Source of the DNA: Kiritimatiellia bacterium
Lineage (GTDB): Bacteria > Verrucomicrobiota > Kiritimatiellia > RFP12 > JBMNHG01
Assembly (NCBI GenBank): GCA_050950285.1
Contig: JBMNHG010000004.1
Coordinates: 62,001 to 126,000, forward strand
Direction of reading: 5' to 3'
DNA: 64,000 nt
Below are positions 38,787 to 48,649 of the stretch, one piece after another; the stretch's first letter is position 1; every line of letters begins with the position of its first letter. The notes under the pieces were generated by a model. It had not been told where the DNA came from and searched no databases. It saw only the letters and a list, made by a program, of their open reading frames with translations. The position numbers and the translations under genes were made by a program.

Positions 38787-40097
38787 ATGCCCATCATGAC
38801 CAAACGCATTCTCTGCCTCCTGCCCGCGGCGTGCGCCGTTTTCGCCGCTGAAACCGTTTTCGAGGTAAAAGGGCCGCTGACGGACAAGACGCCGGGCATC
38901 CGTTTCGGCAACGTCGTCTTCACGGACAACGACCGCGTCTGCGCGCGATTCGAGGCGGCCGAGCTGGACGACAAGATCCCCGGACGCCTGACGACGGACA
39001 AGCTCCGCCTGCCAAACAAGGAGCCGGGCAAAGGCGCCTATTTCAAGTTCTCGTTCGACGCGCAATACACCTTCGCGTCCGGAAAAGGCGGTCCGCCGCA
39101 GCGTTGCAACCAGGGCGTGTTCTTCTACGACGAAAAGGGTCGCGTCCTGCCGGACTGCTACGACACGATGTATCCGGGCGACGCGCCGCACCACTACGAA
39201 CGCGTGCTCTACGCCTGGGACGAGGTCGATTCGCTGGAGATTTTCTTCCAGAAGCCCTGGAACATGCGCACGGAGAACGGCGACACGTGCACGCTCAACG
39301 TCTCGAACCTCAAGGTCGAGACGGCGACCTGGGAGGATGCGGCGCGCTTCTGCGATGCGACCTACGCGAAGCTGCCCCCGCTCGAGTTCACGCCGACGGA
39401 GGATTTCACCCGCCTCCTGCCGCGCACGATGGAGGCGTTCCAGACGGGGCGGCCCTGGCGCGTCGTGATGCTCGGCGATTCGATCGTCCAGGACACGTTC
39501 CATTCCCAGTTCCATGCGCTCGTCAAGCGGGCGTTCCCGCAGTCGAATGTCGAATGGATCCTGTCCATGCGTGGCGGCACGGGCTGCTGGTACTACATCC
39601 TCGCGGACAACTTCTATTCGTACGTGGTGGACCACCGGCCGGACCTGCTCATCATCGGCGGCATCTCGAACGCGCGCAAGCACGACGAGACGCCGCTCGG
39701 GCGCGACGTCGGGCCGACGGGCCCGGAGGCGATGGTGCGCGTGGCGAAGCTCGCGCGCGAACGGCTCGGCTGCGAAGCGCTGATCGTCAACAATCCGCTG
39801 GCGGTCGACTACCGTCCGTACGACGCGGCCGACCCCGACGCGCCGCTCCCGAAGATGAGCTTCAACGTACACCACTTCGAAATGATCCGAGACCAGGGCT
39901 GGGACTACGGCAGGCTCAAGAATCTCTGCGACGGGGCGGGCATCCCCTGGTGGGACGCCTTCGTGCCCTGCTACGATTGGTTGTTCCGTTCGGAGCTGCC
40001 GTTTGGCCACTTCAGTCGCGACGCCGTCCATTCCGGCGAGCTCGGCAAGCAGATCATCGGGCACGTGATGCTCCGGTACTTCACCTCCGGGAAATAG
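38787..40097 (+). CDS. Exported SGNH/GDSL hydrolase
   Basis: Signal peptide; MLGDS block I, PDLLIIGGISN, DAVH block V. Confidence 0.8.
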   Translation: MPIMTKRILCLLPAACAVFAAETVFEVKGPLTDKTPGIRFGNVVFTDNDRVCARFEAAELDDKIPGRLTTDKLRLPNKEPGKGAYFKFSFDAQYTFASGKGGPPQRCNQGVFFYDEKGRVLPDCYDTMYPGDAPHHYERVLYAWDEVDSLEIFFQKPWNMRTENGDTCTLNVSNLKVETATWEDAARFCDATYAKLPPLEFTPTEDFTRLLPRTMEAFQTGRPWRVVMLGDSIVQDTFHSQFHALVKRAFPQSNVEWILSMRGGTGCWYYILADNFYSYVVDHRPDLLIIGGISNARKHDETPLGRDVGPTGPEAMVRVAKLARERLGCEALIVNNPLAVDYRPYDAADPDAPLPKMSFNVHHFEMIRDQGWDYGRLKNLCDGAGIPWWDAFVPCYDWLFRSELPFGHFSRDAVHSGELGKQIIGHVMLRYFTSGK

Positions 40098-40106
40098 GGA
40101 CAAGGC

Positions 40107-43100
40107 ATGAATCGCACCAACCACCTGAAAAGCCTTTCGTTGCTTGCAGCCACTGCCACGACGACGGCGTTCGCCTTTGCCGCGCAGGGCGGCGAAACGG
40201 TGTTCTCGGGTCCCTTCTGGAAGCCGGACGGGCATTACGGCGATGGCCGGCAGTCGAGCGAGGACTGCCTCAAGACGCCGGACAAGCCCCCTCACGGCCA
40301 CATCATTTCCTATGCGCTCGATATCCCGGCGACGGGCTGGTACGCGCCGTTCTTCAAGGGGCAAATCGGCGATCAGGATTTCTTCGTCGACGACCGGCTC
40401 GTGGCGCAGCAGCGCGTGTTGGGGCCGGTCGGGGCGGATGGCTTCAGCCAGGGCGTCGCCCTCCATTTGGAGAAGGGGCGTCACGACCTGCGGTTGGAGC
40501 GTCCCGGCCGTCGCGGATTCCCGATGCAGATGTTCGAGCGGATCGAGGTGCGCTCTCTTGCGCCGTCGGCAGCGAACTGGTTTTTCGCCGACAAGTCGGG
40601 GCACGATGTCGTTCGGCTCGGCGAAAGCGTGTCGTTCGAGGTGACGGCGGGGCTGCCCGACCGCCCCGTCCGCTACGAATTCAAGGCGATCCCCCAGTAC
40701 GGGCCGGAGGCGGGCCGTCCGGTGGCGCTCGGTGCGCTCGAGTTCCCGGCGACCCCGCGTCCCGTGACGCAGACGGTGTCGTTGACGCTGCCGCAGGAGA
40801 TGATGTACACGGTCGCGGCGTTTGCGGACGGCGGCGAGCTGCCGGTGAACGCCTTCCCGCGGTTCGAGGTCGTGGCGGTCGACGTGAACGAGCGCGGCGC
40901 CGTTTCGGCGGCGTTCGAGTTCGAACCTGTCGTGGACATCGATTGCGTGGCGGTGGCGCCCGACGCCGAGGCGAACGGCGCCTCGCAGGTCGTGAGACGC
41001 GGGGCGCTCACGTACCGCGAATCGCACGACTGCTCGAAGGAGACGAACGAGCCGTACGATGGCAACGACAGCGAGAACCTCTCCTGCTTCGCGTATCGCG
41101 TGAAGGTCCCCGCCGCGCAGGTGCCGTATCTCCTGGAAGTCGAGTTTCCCGACGACGCGCGCCGCTCGGTCTGCATCCGGCACGACTGGATGAAGGAAGG
41201 CACGATGGAGTACCTTGCGGGCAACCACGGGTATCAGACGAAGAGCTTCGAGACCGGCGGATTCTTCCCGATTTCCGGCGAGATGAAGCGCCAGGGGCAG
41301 ATCATCTGGCCGCTTTCCACCGAAGGGTGCGTCACCGTGATCAACCAGAGCGCCGGCACGCGCGCGGCGGTCGCCCGCATCCGCCTCTCGCGCTTCGCCG
41401 GCGACCAGCCCCCGGCGCAGGGGGTCACGCGCCCGGGCGGGCGCACCTACGCCTACTGGAGCGAGGAGGGCGACAGCTTTGGCATCATGCTCGGCGCGGG
41501 CGGCGGCGTGCACACGGATGCCGGGAAGATTCCGTATCTCGAGGCGGGGAAGCGCTGGTGCCAGATGATCCGCTTCTACGGCGGCAACGCGATGAGCGGC
41601 TGCGGCGTCGCCTACCAGGGGGCGTACTGGCATTCGAAGGCGCTCAAGGGCGTCGGCCTGCGCCCGTTCTCGGCGCTTCGCATGTTCGCGCTGCTCGGCG
41701 AGAAGTACGAGATGGGCTTCATCCCCGAATGGTTCAACACGCAGTGGTACATGGATCGGGTTGATTATCCCGCGCGCGCGGGCGGCCTGGAGAACTCGCA
41801 GGCGCAGAACGCCTCGGGAAGCCTGGCGGGCGGCGGCGTGAACGCGCTCTGCCCCGCCGTGCAGGAGACGATCCTCGCGGCGATGCGCGAGATTCACGAG
41901 GAGATCGGCGATTCGCCCGCGTTCAAGGGGCTCACCGTCCGCGCCGATCCCTGGCAGTACCGCGGCGAGTTCTGCTTCAAGTCCCTGTACTGGGGCTACA
42001 ACGAATCCATCGTTCGCGCCTTCGAAAAGGAGACCGGCGTCGCCGTGCCGGCGGGGACGGCGACCGACTACTTCCATTTCCTGACGAGCCCCGGCGTGAA
42101 GGATCGCTGGGTGGCGTGGCGTTGCGCGCGGATCGCCGACTACCACCGGCGCATCCTCGCGGCGCTCCGAGGCGGCATGCGCGACGACGTTTTCTTCGGC
42201 ATGGCCGGCCAGTTCGACCAGGAGGATCTGTACCGCCGCGAGGAGACGTTCGCGGCGCGCGCGCTGGGCTGCGGCGTCGATTCCGAGGCGTATCGCGAGT
42301 CGGACGGCCTTGCGATCATGCCGATCGCCCGTTACGGTTCGCGGACGCCGTCCGCCGAGGACCGCCGAATCTACGACGAGTTCTTCCGCCCCGATTCAAC
42401 CGAGGGCGGCATGTGCACGCCGCGCGCGTTTGCGAGCTACATGACGTACATGGAGCTCGCCTGGGGCTGGCCGGCGGCGCAGCTCGGCTTCGACCTCAAG
42501 CAGAAGGGCGGCAAGCCGCCGTACCACTGCTCGGGCGTGATCGCCGCCGGACGCGCCGGGCTCGAAAAGTACGCGGTCGTCCTCGCCGAGCAGGACACCG
42601 CCTATTTCCGCGAAGGCGGCAACTGCGACTCGTTCGGTTCGCCGGAGGTTTTCGGCCCGTGGTTCGCCAAGTACGAGCGTTTGCCCGCCGAGAAGTTCGA
42701 CCGCGTGCCGGGCGTGAACGATCCCGTCGCCGTCTGGCAGAAGACGACGGGCGGACGTCTCTGGTACTACGCCGTCAACAAGGAATCGTTCGCGACGGAG
42801 GCGACGCTTGTGTTTTCGGACGGCGCGACGCGCACGGTCGCGCTCGAACCGTGGGGGCTCGAGGTCTTCGACGAGGACGCCGGGCGGACGCTGGCGTCCG
42901 CGACGAGCGTCTATCCCGAGGAGGAGCGCCTGAAGGTGCGCGCGTTGCTCGCCTTTGCGCAGTCGCTGGAAGGCGCCGTGCGCGACCTGGATTACGCCGA
43001 CGGCCTCGCCCGCGCGTGGCGGGCCGCCGAAGCGGGGAAGTGGTGGCGCGCGCGCGTCGTCCTCAACAGCGCGCCCCTGTATCGCGGCTACGCCGCGGCG

Positions 43101-44936
43101 GGGAACCTTCCGGGCGACGTGCTGCGCACGCCGTTCCCCGACAAGCTCGACACCCAGAGCCCGAAGAACGGACACTGGCAGCTTTGCACGCCGACGCTGC
43201 CCGTGGCGACGCTCGATTACGACAAGGCGACGGCTCGGGTCGTCGAGTCGCGCGAGATCAACGGCGCCTGGCGGGGCGACAAGGTGCTCTGGAGCGAAAG
43301 GGGGGAAATCGCCTTTGCGCTTGCGGTGCCGGCCGAGGGGCGCTACGATCTCGTGCTGGGCGCGGTCGGCGCCGCGAAGGGCGTCGCGTCCGTGACGGTC
43401 AATGGCAAGATTCTCGATGACGTCTGCCTGTTTCGGAAGGCGAAGGAGCCGATGACGGCGACGTTCCGCGGCATCGCGCTCGCGCCGGGGGAGGCGGTCG
43501 TGAAAATCGCCGCCGCATCGGGCGTGGGCGTCTATGGCGTCCGCTTCCTGCCGGCGATGAAGCCGATCCCCGGCACGGACTGGGCCGTGGCCGGGCCGTT
43601 CCCGCCGTTCCGGGGGGCGGTGGCGGGGAAGGGCGACGAACGCCTCAAGGCCGGTTTCGACGAGCTGATGAAGACCGATCTTGCGTCCGTCGATTGGAAG
43701 CTGGCCGCGCCGGGCGTGCGGGACAATCTTTGGGATCGCGGCGTGCAGATGCCGCTCCGGATCGCCTCGACGGGCAACGACCGCCTCATCGCGCGCACGA
43801 CCGTGATGTCCGAACGCGACCGCACGGCGACGCTGATCATCGCCGTCGACTGGTGGTGCCGCGCCACGCTGAACGGCGAACTTGCCAGGACCGACGTCGT
43901 CGGCGGCGGGAGCGAGGTCAACGGCTGCAACTTCTGGGGCTGGTATCCGATGTACACGGGCGTCGTCAACCTGAAGCAGGGCGCGAACGACCTCGTCCTC
44001 TACGTGAACGGCGGCTCGCTCGGCAGCGCGATCGCGGGATGGATTTCGGACGGCGACGACATCCTCACGACGCTCCACCCGCCGCGGCGGGATCTGCGGC
44101 TGGAGAACGACCGGGTGGTCGCCGAGGTCGACGCCACGCACGGCGGACGCGTCCTCGCGTTCGGCCCGAAGGGCGGACGCAACTGGCTGTGGCGCAACGA
44201 GGCCGTGCGGGCGAATGCCGATCCGGATGCGTGGACGAACATCGGCGGCGAGAAGACGTGGGTCGGCGCGATCGGCGACTGGGCGGGCCAGTTCGGACTC
44301 GCGAGAGACTGGCCTCCGCCGGCGTGGTTCGACCGCTCGGCGTTTTCGGTCGAGCGCGTGGCACGGGACGCCGTCTCGCTCCGGAGCCGCGTTTCGCCCG
44401 GCGATTGCTGGAAGGTCGTCCTCAACCGGCGGATTTCCCTGGATGGCGACGCATTGGTCGTTCGTTCGACGCTCGAGACGAAGGCGGCGACGGACGAGGC
44501 GCCCGAGCGGATGTGGAACTGGTCGGTGGCGCAGGCGCCCGAGGCGAAGCGCCTGGCGGTCCGCCTCGTCGGCCGCAAGCGCGCGATGTGGGGCCATGCG
44601 ACGGGCGAGGCCGTGAAGCCGATCGGCCATGAAGGCGATTGGGCCTTCTACAACTTCGAGGACTTCGGCCTGTCCGGCGTTATGAATTTCGATGCCGACG
44701 CGGTTGCGGCGGAATACGACGACGGATGGCTTGTGGTTCGCCACCGTGCCGACCCTGCCACGGTCGAGCCCTTCGAGAAACCCCGTTGCGCGGTCTTCCG
44801 CACCGGTCTCGGCAAGGACATGGACGGCGATCCGTCGCAGATGTACATCGAACTCGAATTCCTCTGCTACGGCCCCGACACCTCGATGGAGGTCGAGCTG
44901 TCGGTTGTTGAGTCGCTGAAGAGTTTTGTCGATTAG
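40107..44936 (+). CDS. Large exported protein, paralog of 34430-38755, with a different C-terminus (beta-sandwich plus aldose-epimerase/DUF4380-like domain)
   Basis: Signal peptide; shared motifs VVDIDCVA, YLLEVx(Y/F)PDD, ETGG, TGVAVP, DPVAV; C-terminal HGGRVLAF...NWLW...NIGGEKTW. Confidence 0.72.
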   Translation: MNRTNHLKSLSLLAATATTTAFAFAAQGGETVFSGPFWKPDGHYGDGRQSSEDCLKTPDKPPHGHIISYALDIPATGWYAPFFKGQIGDQDFFVDDRLVAQQRVLGPVGADGFSQGVALHLEKGRHDLRLERPGRRGFPMQMFERIEVRSLAPSAANWFFADKSGHDVVRLGESVSFEVTAGLPDRPVRYEFKAIPQYGPEAGRPVALGALEFPATPRPVTQTVSLTLPQEMMYTVAAFADGGELPVNAFPRFEVVAVDVNERGAVSAAFEFEPVVDIDCVAVAPDAEANGASQVVRRGALTYRESHDCSKETNEPYDGNDSENLSCFAYRVKVPAAQVPYLLEVEFPDDARRSVCIRHDWMKEGTMEYLAGNHGYQTKSFETGGFFPISGEMKRQGQIIWPLSTEGCVTVINQSAGTRAAVARIRLSRFAGDQPPAQGVTRPGGRTYAYWSEEGDSFGIMLGAGGGVHTDAGKIPYLEAGKRWCQMIRFYGGNAMSGCGVAYQGAYWHSKALKGVGLRPFSALRMFALLGEKYEMGFIPEWFNTQWYMDRVDYPARAGGLENSQAQNASGSLAGGGVNALCPAVQETILAAMREIHEEIGDSPAFKGLTVRADPWQYRGEFCFKSLYWGYNESIVRAFEKETGVAVPAGTATDYFHFLTSPGVKDRWVAWRCARIADYHRRILAALRGGMRDDVFFGMAGQFDQEDLYRREETFAARALGCGVDSEAYRESDGLAIMPIARYGSRTPSAEDRRIYDEFFRPDSTEGGMCTPRAFASYMTYMELAWGWPAAQLGFDLKQKGGKPPYHCSGVIAAGRAGLEKYAVVLAEQDTAYFREGGNCDSFGSPEVFGPWFAKYERLPAEKFDRVPGVNDPVAVWQKTTGGRLWYYAVNKESFATEATLVFSDGATRTVALEPWGLEVFDEDAGRTLASATSVYPEEERLKVRALLAFAQSLEGAVRDLDYADGLARAWRAAEAGKWWRARVVLNSAPLYRGYAAAGNLPGDVLRTPFPDKLDTQSPKNGHWQLCTPTLPVATLDYDKATARVVESREINGAWRGDKVLWSERGEIAFALAVPAEGRYDLVLGAVGAAKGVASVTVNGKILDDVCLFRKAKEPMTATFRGIALAPGEAVVKIAAASGVGVYGVRFLPAMKPIPGTDWAVAGPFPPFRGAVAGKGDERLKAGFDELMKTDLASVDWKLAAPGVRDNLWDRGVQMPLRIASTGNDRLIARTTVMSERDRTATLIIAVDWWCRATLNGELARTDVVGGGSEVNGCNFWGWYPMYTGVVNLKQGANDLVLYVNGGSLGSAIAGWISDGDDILTTLHPPRRDLRLENDRVVAEVDATHGGRVLAFGPKGGRNWLWRNEAVRANADPDAWTNIGGEKTWVGAIGDWAGQFGLARDWPPPAWFDRSAFSVERVARDAVSLRSRVSPGDCWKVVLNRRISLDGDALVVRSTLETKAATDEAPERMWNWSVAQAPEAKRLAVRLVGRKRAMWGHATGEAVKPIGHEGDWAFYNFEDFGLSGVMNFDADAVAAEYDDGWLVVRHRADPATVEPFEKPRCAVFRTGLGKDMDGDPSQMYIELEFLCYGPDTSMEVELSVVESLKSFVD

Positions 44937-45005
44937 CGGCTAGCGGCCAGCGGCCAGGGAGCCGGAGGGCGGCTTTGTCGCGAGCCGCGAAGGGGTGCCC
45001 TCGCC

Positions 45006-45236
45006 CTAGCCCGAAGTTCCAGCGGCTCTTTCAGGCCGAAACGGCCATATTTCCTTGATTTAGCGGCATTCCGGCACCCCTCCAGCGGGGAAATCCGTTC
45101 CATTTGCGCCCATGTAATTGACAGAGTGCCGAACCGCAAATCACCGCCCGCAGTCCTGCTGCGCGAGAGCTGCCGCGAGGGCGGGCGCACCGTCAAGCGC
45201 ACGCTTGTCAACCTGTCGATGCTGTCGGCCGAGGCG
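45006..45236 (+). mobile_element. IS1634-family remnant: left end and degraded transposase N-terminus
   Basis: CTAGCCCGAAGTTCCAGCGGCT matches the reverse complement of 29792-29813 at 21/22; ATG-TA-ATT... gives M(Y)IDRVPNRKSPPAVLLRESCREGGRTVKRTLVNLS. Confidence 0.85.
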
Positions 45237-45542
45237 GACGGTGCGCAGCCATTTGCCGACGCCGTAGAGGACGCCGCGCGGGTCATTGCCGCGGATCCGC
45301 ACCTCTCCGGGCGTGCCGTCGGCGATCTCGAACCCCTCGTCGCCGATTCCCGGCTGAACGGCCAGGATGAGGCGTAGACCGGCCTGGGCGCGCGGGACGA
45401 AACGCACGCCGCTGCGTGCGGCGAGTTCGCGTCTGAGGATACGCGCGGCCTGGCGCACGATGGGGTCGGCGGCGCGGTCCGTGATGATCGCGACGGTGGC
45501 GCTGAGGATGTCTTCCGAAGTTTTCTTTTCCGTTTCACTCAT
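45237..45542 (-). pseudogene. Truncated gene: N-terminal domain of GH20/GH67/GH115-like type, cut at the IS1634 remnant
   Basis: DEGFEI...VRIRGNDPRGVLYGVGKWLR motif, then runs into IS sequence. Confidence 0.65.
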
Positions 45543-45594
45543 GGGTCACTGTGGCCGTTCGCGGTGTTCAATGGCGCATGCCGCCTGTTTGTCT

Positions 45595-45746
45595 TACTAA
45601 CTCGGCCACAATTCATACCGCAAAACAGGGGCATGGGTTTTCCAACCCGTGACACGGACAGGAATGTCCGTGCCCCTTTCCCAACTCCAAATTCCAGCTC
45701 CCAATGCCTGAATCTCCGTGCGGCGCTATTTGTGGCCGGGTTAGTA
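45595..45746. mobile_element. Solo copy of MITE-1
   Basis: Same TIRs and interior as 9096-9249 with a few differences; inserted at a TA. Confidence 0.88.
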
Positions 45747-46916
45747 AATGGCTCCGGACGGCGGAAAGACGACGTCGGAGGTGCTTGTGAGCCAGTCTTC
45801 GCTGACGAGCGACAGGCAGGCGGCCGTCGCGCCATCCGGAAGGCGCGCGCTGACCATGCGGCGTTCCGGGTCGGTTCCGGCCGGCAAAACGAACCACTCG
45901 CGTTCGGGCCAGCCGCCGGAATCGGGGGTTGCGAGCAGGCGGGCGGCGCGGAGTTTGCGTTCCGGGCCGTAGGCCGCGCTCAGCACGCCGTCCGCCAGCA
46001 CGGGCGGGGCGAGGGAGATCAGCGGCGTGCCGTTCAGCAGGCAGGCGTCGGCGAAGGCGAACAACTCGCGCGCGGATTCCGCCGCCGGCATGTGCCCGTG
46101 GGGCCAGCGCACCTTCAGGCAGAGCTGGCGCGGTCCCCCTGTCGATGCGGCGGAACGCTGCCAGATCGGCGGCGTGAAGGCGAAGTCGTTGGTGCCGTTG
46201 AGCCACAGCATGGGGCACCGGGCACGCGGGAGCCAGGCGGCGGGATCCCACGTCTCGCGCCAGAAGCCGAGCAGATCGGGATTCCGCGCCAGGGTGTCCG
46301 CCCAGGCCGGGGATTCGAGAATCGAGCCGCAGCCATAGACAGGCATGACGCAACGCAGGCGGGGATCGAGGCCGGCGGCGAGGCACGCCAGGAAGCCGCC
46401 CCAGGAGATGCCCGTGGCGCCGATGCGGCCGGGATCGACCCCGGGCTGCGCCGCGAGCAGGGTGTGTGCCTTGACGATCGCGGCGGCGGCGTGGAAGGCC
46501 CATTGATCTTCCGGCGGACGGTCGCACTGGTCGAACCCGCCCCAGCCCGGAGGCCCCGAAAAGCTGTGGCGCGGCCAAGAGGCGGGGCCCGGCGCGCCGG
46601 TGTCCGGCAGGGGAATCGCCCCGCATGTGTCCATCGCGATGGCGGCGTAGCCCCGCGCGTTCCATATCCGCACCCAGCGCGCAAACGCCGTGCCGCCGCC
46701 GCCGTGGATGAGAATCATTCCGGGAACCGGATGGTCGGGTGTCGCCCCCTCGGGCATGCCGATCCAGGCAAAGACGCGCGTCGCCCGCCCCTGGCAGGGG
46801 ACGCTCTCGAACATGACAGCCTGCAGCCCCGCTTCGTGCAGGTGGCCGACCGCATGAGTCCGCGGAACCATCTGCATCCATGCATCCAGGTGACGGGTGA
46901 CAATTTCAATACTCAT
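45741..46916 (-). CDS. Alpha/beta hydrolase (acetylxylan esterase / dienelactone hydrolase-like)
   Basis: IHGGGG, GISWGG nucleophile elbow, GTND, PHGH. Confidence 0.85.
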   Translation of the reverse strand: MSIEIVTRHLDAWMQMVPRTHAVGHLHEAGLQAVMFESVPCQGRATRVFAWIGMPEGATPDHPVPGMILIHGGGGTAFARWVRIWNARGYAAIAMDTCGAIPLPDTGAPGPASWPRHSFSGPPGWGGFDQCDRPPEDQWAFHAAAAIVKAHTLLAAQPGVDPGRIGATGISWGGFLACLAAGLDPRLRCVMPVYGCGSILESPAWADTLARNPDLLGFWRETWDPAAWLPRARCPMLWLNGTNDFAFTPPIWQRSAASTGGPRQLCLKVRWPHGHMPAAESARELFAFADACLLNGTPLISLAPPVLADGVLSAAYGPERKLRAARLLATPDSGGWPEREWFVLPAGTDPERRMVSARLPDGATAACLSLVSEDWLTSTSDVVFPPSGAIY

Positions 46917-46995
46917 GGCGATGACGCTTCCTTTCGGGGATGCCAGTGTATCATCCCGGTACGGACGTCATCCAATCGTTTACCGTGCCAAGTCG

Positions 46996-47034
46996 GTGCT
47001 TTGACTTGTCCTTTGGGCGTCAAAGCGCTATGAT
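46996..47034 (+). promoter_or_regulatory. Promoter with overlapping operator-like inverted repeat upstream of the GH4 gene
   Basis: TTGTCC-17-TATGAT; GCTTTGAC-N13-GTCAAAGC perfect 8-bp inverted repeat. Confidence 0.5.
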
Positions 47035-47082
47035 CCGCGCGTTTTTCATCTTCTCCCATCAACTCCAAGGAGCAATCGCATC

Positions 47083-48642
47083 ATGGCCATCAAGATCGCC
47101 ATCATCGGCGCGGGCAGCCTCGGCTTCACCCGCTGTCTCGCCCACGACGTCCTGGCAGTGCCCGAACTGCGCGACACCACGTTCGCCCTGCACGACATCG
47201 ACGCCCGCAACCTCTCGATGATCACGAAGATCCTCGAGCGCGACGTCGCCGCCAACAACCTTCCGGCCACGATTCTTTCCACGCTCGACCGTCGCGAAGC
47301 GCTGATGGACGCCGATTACATCATCAACACCGCCCGTGTCGGCGGGCTCGACGCCTTCAAGCTGGACATCGACATCCCGTTGAAGTACGGCGTGGACCAG
47401 TGCGTGGGCGACACCCTCTGCGCCGGCGGCATCCTCTACGGCCAACGCGGCATCGCCTGTCTCGCCGAGTGGTGCCAGGACATTCACGAGGTCGCCAAGC
47501 CGAATGCGCTCATGCTCAGCTACGGCAATCCCAACGCCATGCTCACCTGGGCCGCCAACGAGTACTTCGACGTCCCGACCCTCGGCCTCTGCCATGGCGT
47601 GCAGGGCGGACACTGGCAAATCTGCAAGGTGATCGAGCTCCTCGTGAACAAGGGGAAGAAGCCCGGTTCGAAGGGCTATCGCGAGGTCAACCAGGCGGAC
47701 GTGGACATCACGGCCGCCGGCATCAACCACCAGACCTGGTACACCCGCGCGATTTTCGACGGCGAGGACTGGGCGGAGGATTGGGAGCGTCTCGCCCGCG
47801 GCTTCGAAGCCCATCCGGAATACAGCAAGACCGAAAAGGTGCGCATCGACGTGCTGCGCCGCTTCGGCCTCTACTCGACGGAGTCCAACGGCCACCTCTC
47901 CGAGTACCTGCCCTGGTATCGCAAGCGCCCCGACGAGATCAAGAACTGGATCGACATGGGCAGCTGGATCAACGGCGAGACCGGCGGCTATCTCCGCGTC
48001 TGCACCGAGGGCCGCAACTGGTTCAAGACCGAGTTCCCGAAGCTGCTCAAGGAAGAGCCCTGGAAACTCGAAGGCTTCCATCGTTCCCAGGAGCACGGCT
48101 CCTACATCATCGAGGCCCTTGAAACCGGCCGCATCTACCGCGGCCACTTCAACGTCGTGAACGGCAACTGCATCCCCAACCTCCCCGAGGACGCGATTGT
48201 CGAGGTGCCCTGCTTTGTCGACAAGAACGGCGTGGGCGTGCCCGCCCTCGATCCGCTGCCCGACGGTTGCGCCGCGATCTGCCAGCAGTCCATCAACGTC
48301 CAGCGTCTCGCGGTGAAGGCGGCCGTCTTCGGCGACCTCTACACCCTCAAGCAGGCCATGATGCTCGATCCGCTCGTCGGCGCAGCCTGCACGACCCCCG
48401 AAATCTCGCAGATGACCGACGAAATGGTCGTGGCGCAGGCCCGCTGGCTCCCGCAGTACAAGCACGAGCTCGCCGCCGCCAGGAAGCGCCTCGCCACCGA
48501 GAAGCGTCTCGGCACCCGCGGCACGGAGGGCGCCTGCCGCAAGGAGATGGCCGACGTGGCGACCGTCGCCGCCCGCACCGCCAAGACCGCCGCCAAGCGC
48601 AAGGCCGGCAAGAAGATTGACATCGCCGAGCCGGAAGGCTGA
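47083..48642 (+). CDS. melA: Alpha-galactosidase/alpha-glucosidase, glycoside hydrolase family 4
   Basis: IAIIGAGS, DIDIPLKYG, GDT, NP, GLCHGV, GINHQTW, TESNGHLSEY motifs. Confidence 0.88.
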   Translation: MAIKIAIIGAGSLGFTRCLAHDVLAVPELRDTTFALHDIDARNLSMITKILERDVAANNLPATILSTLDRREALMDADYIINTARVGGLDAFKLDIDIPLKYGVDQCVGDTLCAGGILYGQRGIACLAEWCQDIHEVAKPNALMLSYGNPNAMLTWAANEYFDVPTLGLCHGVQGGHWQICKVIELLVNKGKKPGSKGYREVNQADVDITAAGINHQTWYTRAIFDGEDWAEDWERLARGFEAHPEYSKTEKVRIDVLRRFGLYSTESNGHLSEYLPWYRKRPDEIKNWIDMGSWINGETGGYLRVCTEGRNWFKTEFPKLLKEEPWKLEGFHRSQEHGSYIIEALETGRIYRGHFNVVNGNCIPNLPEDAIVEVPCFVDKNGVGVPALDPLPDGCAAICQQSINVQRLAVKAAVFGDLYTLKQAMMLDPLVGAACTTPEISQMTDEMVVAQARWLPQYKHELAAARKRLATEKRLGTRGTEGACRKEMADVATVAARTAKTAAKRKAGKKIDIAEPEG

Positions 48643-48649
48643 TCCCGCC

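Noticed and set aside
38778..40106. Shared AGGGACAA upstream of two island genes as a regulatory motif
   Set aside because: It lies at the RBS position and is most simply a Shine-Dalgarno variant
29814..45005. Target-site duplication at the inner IS1634 ends
   Set aside because: The flanks (AAGCCC versus CTCGCC) share only a few bases out of register, which is not convincing
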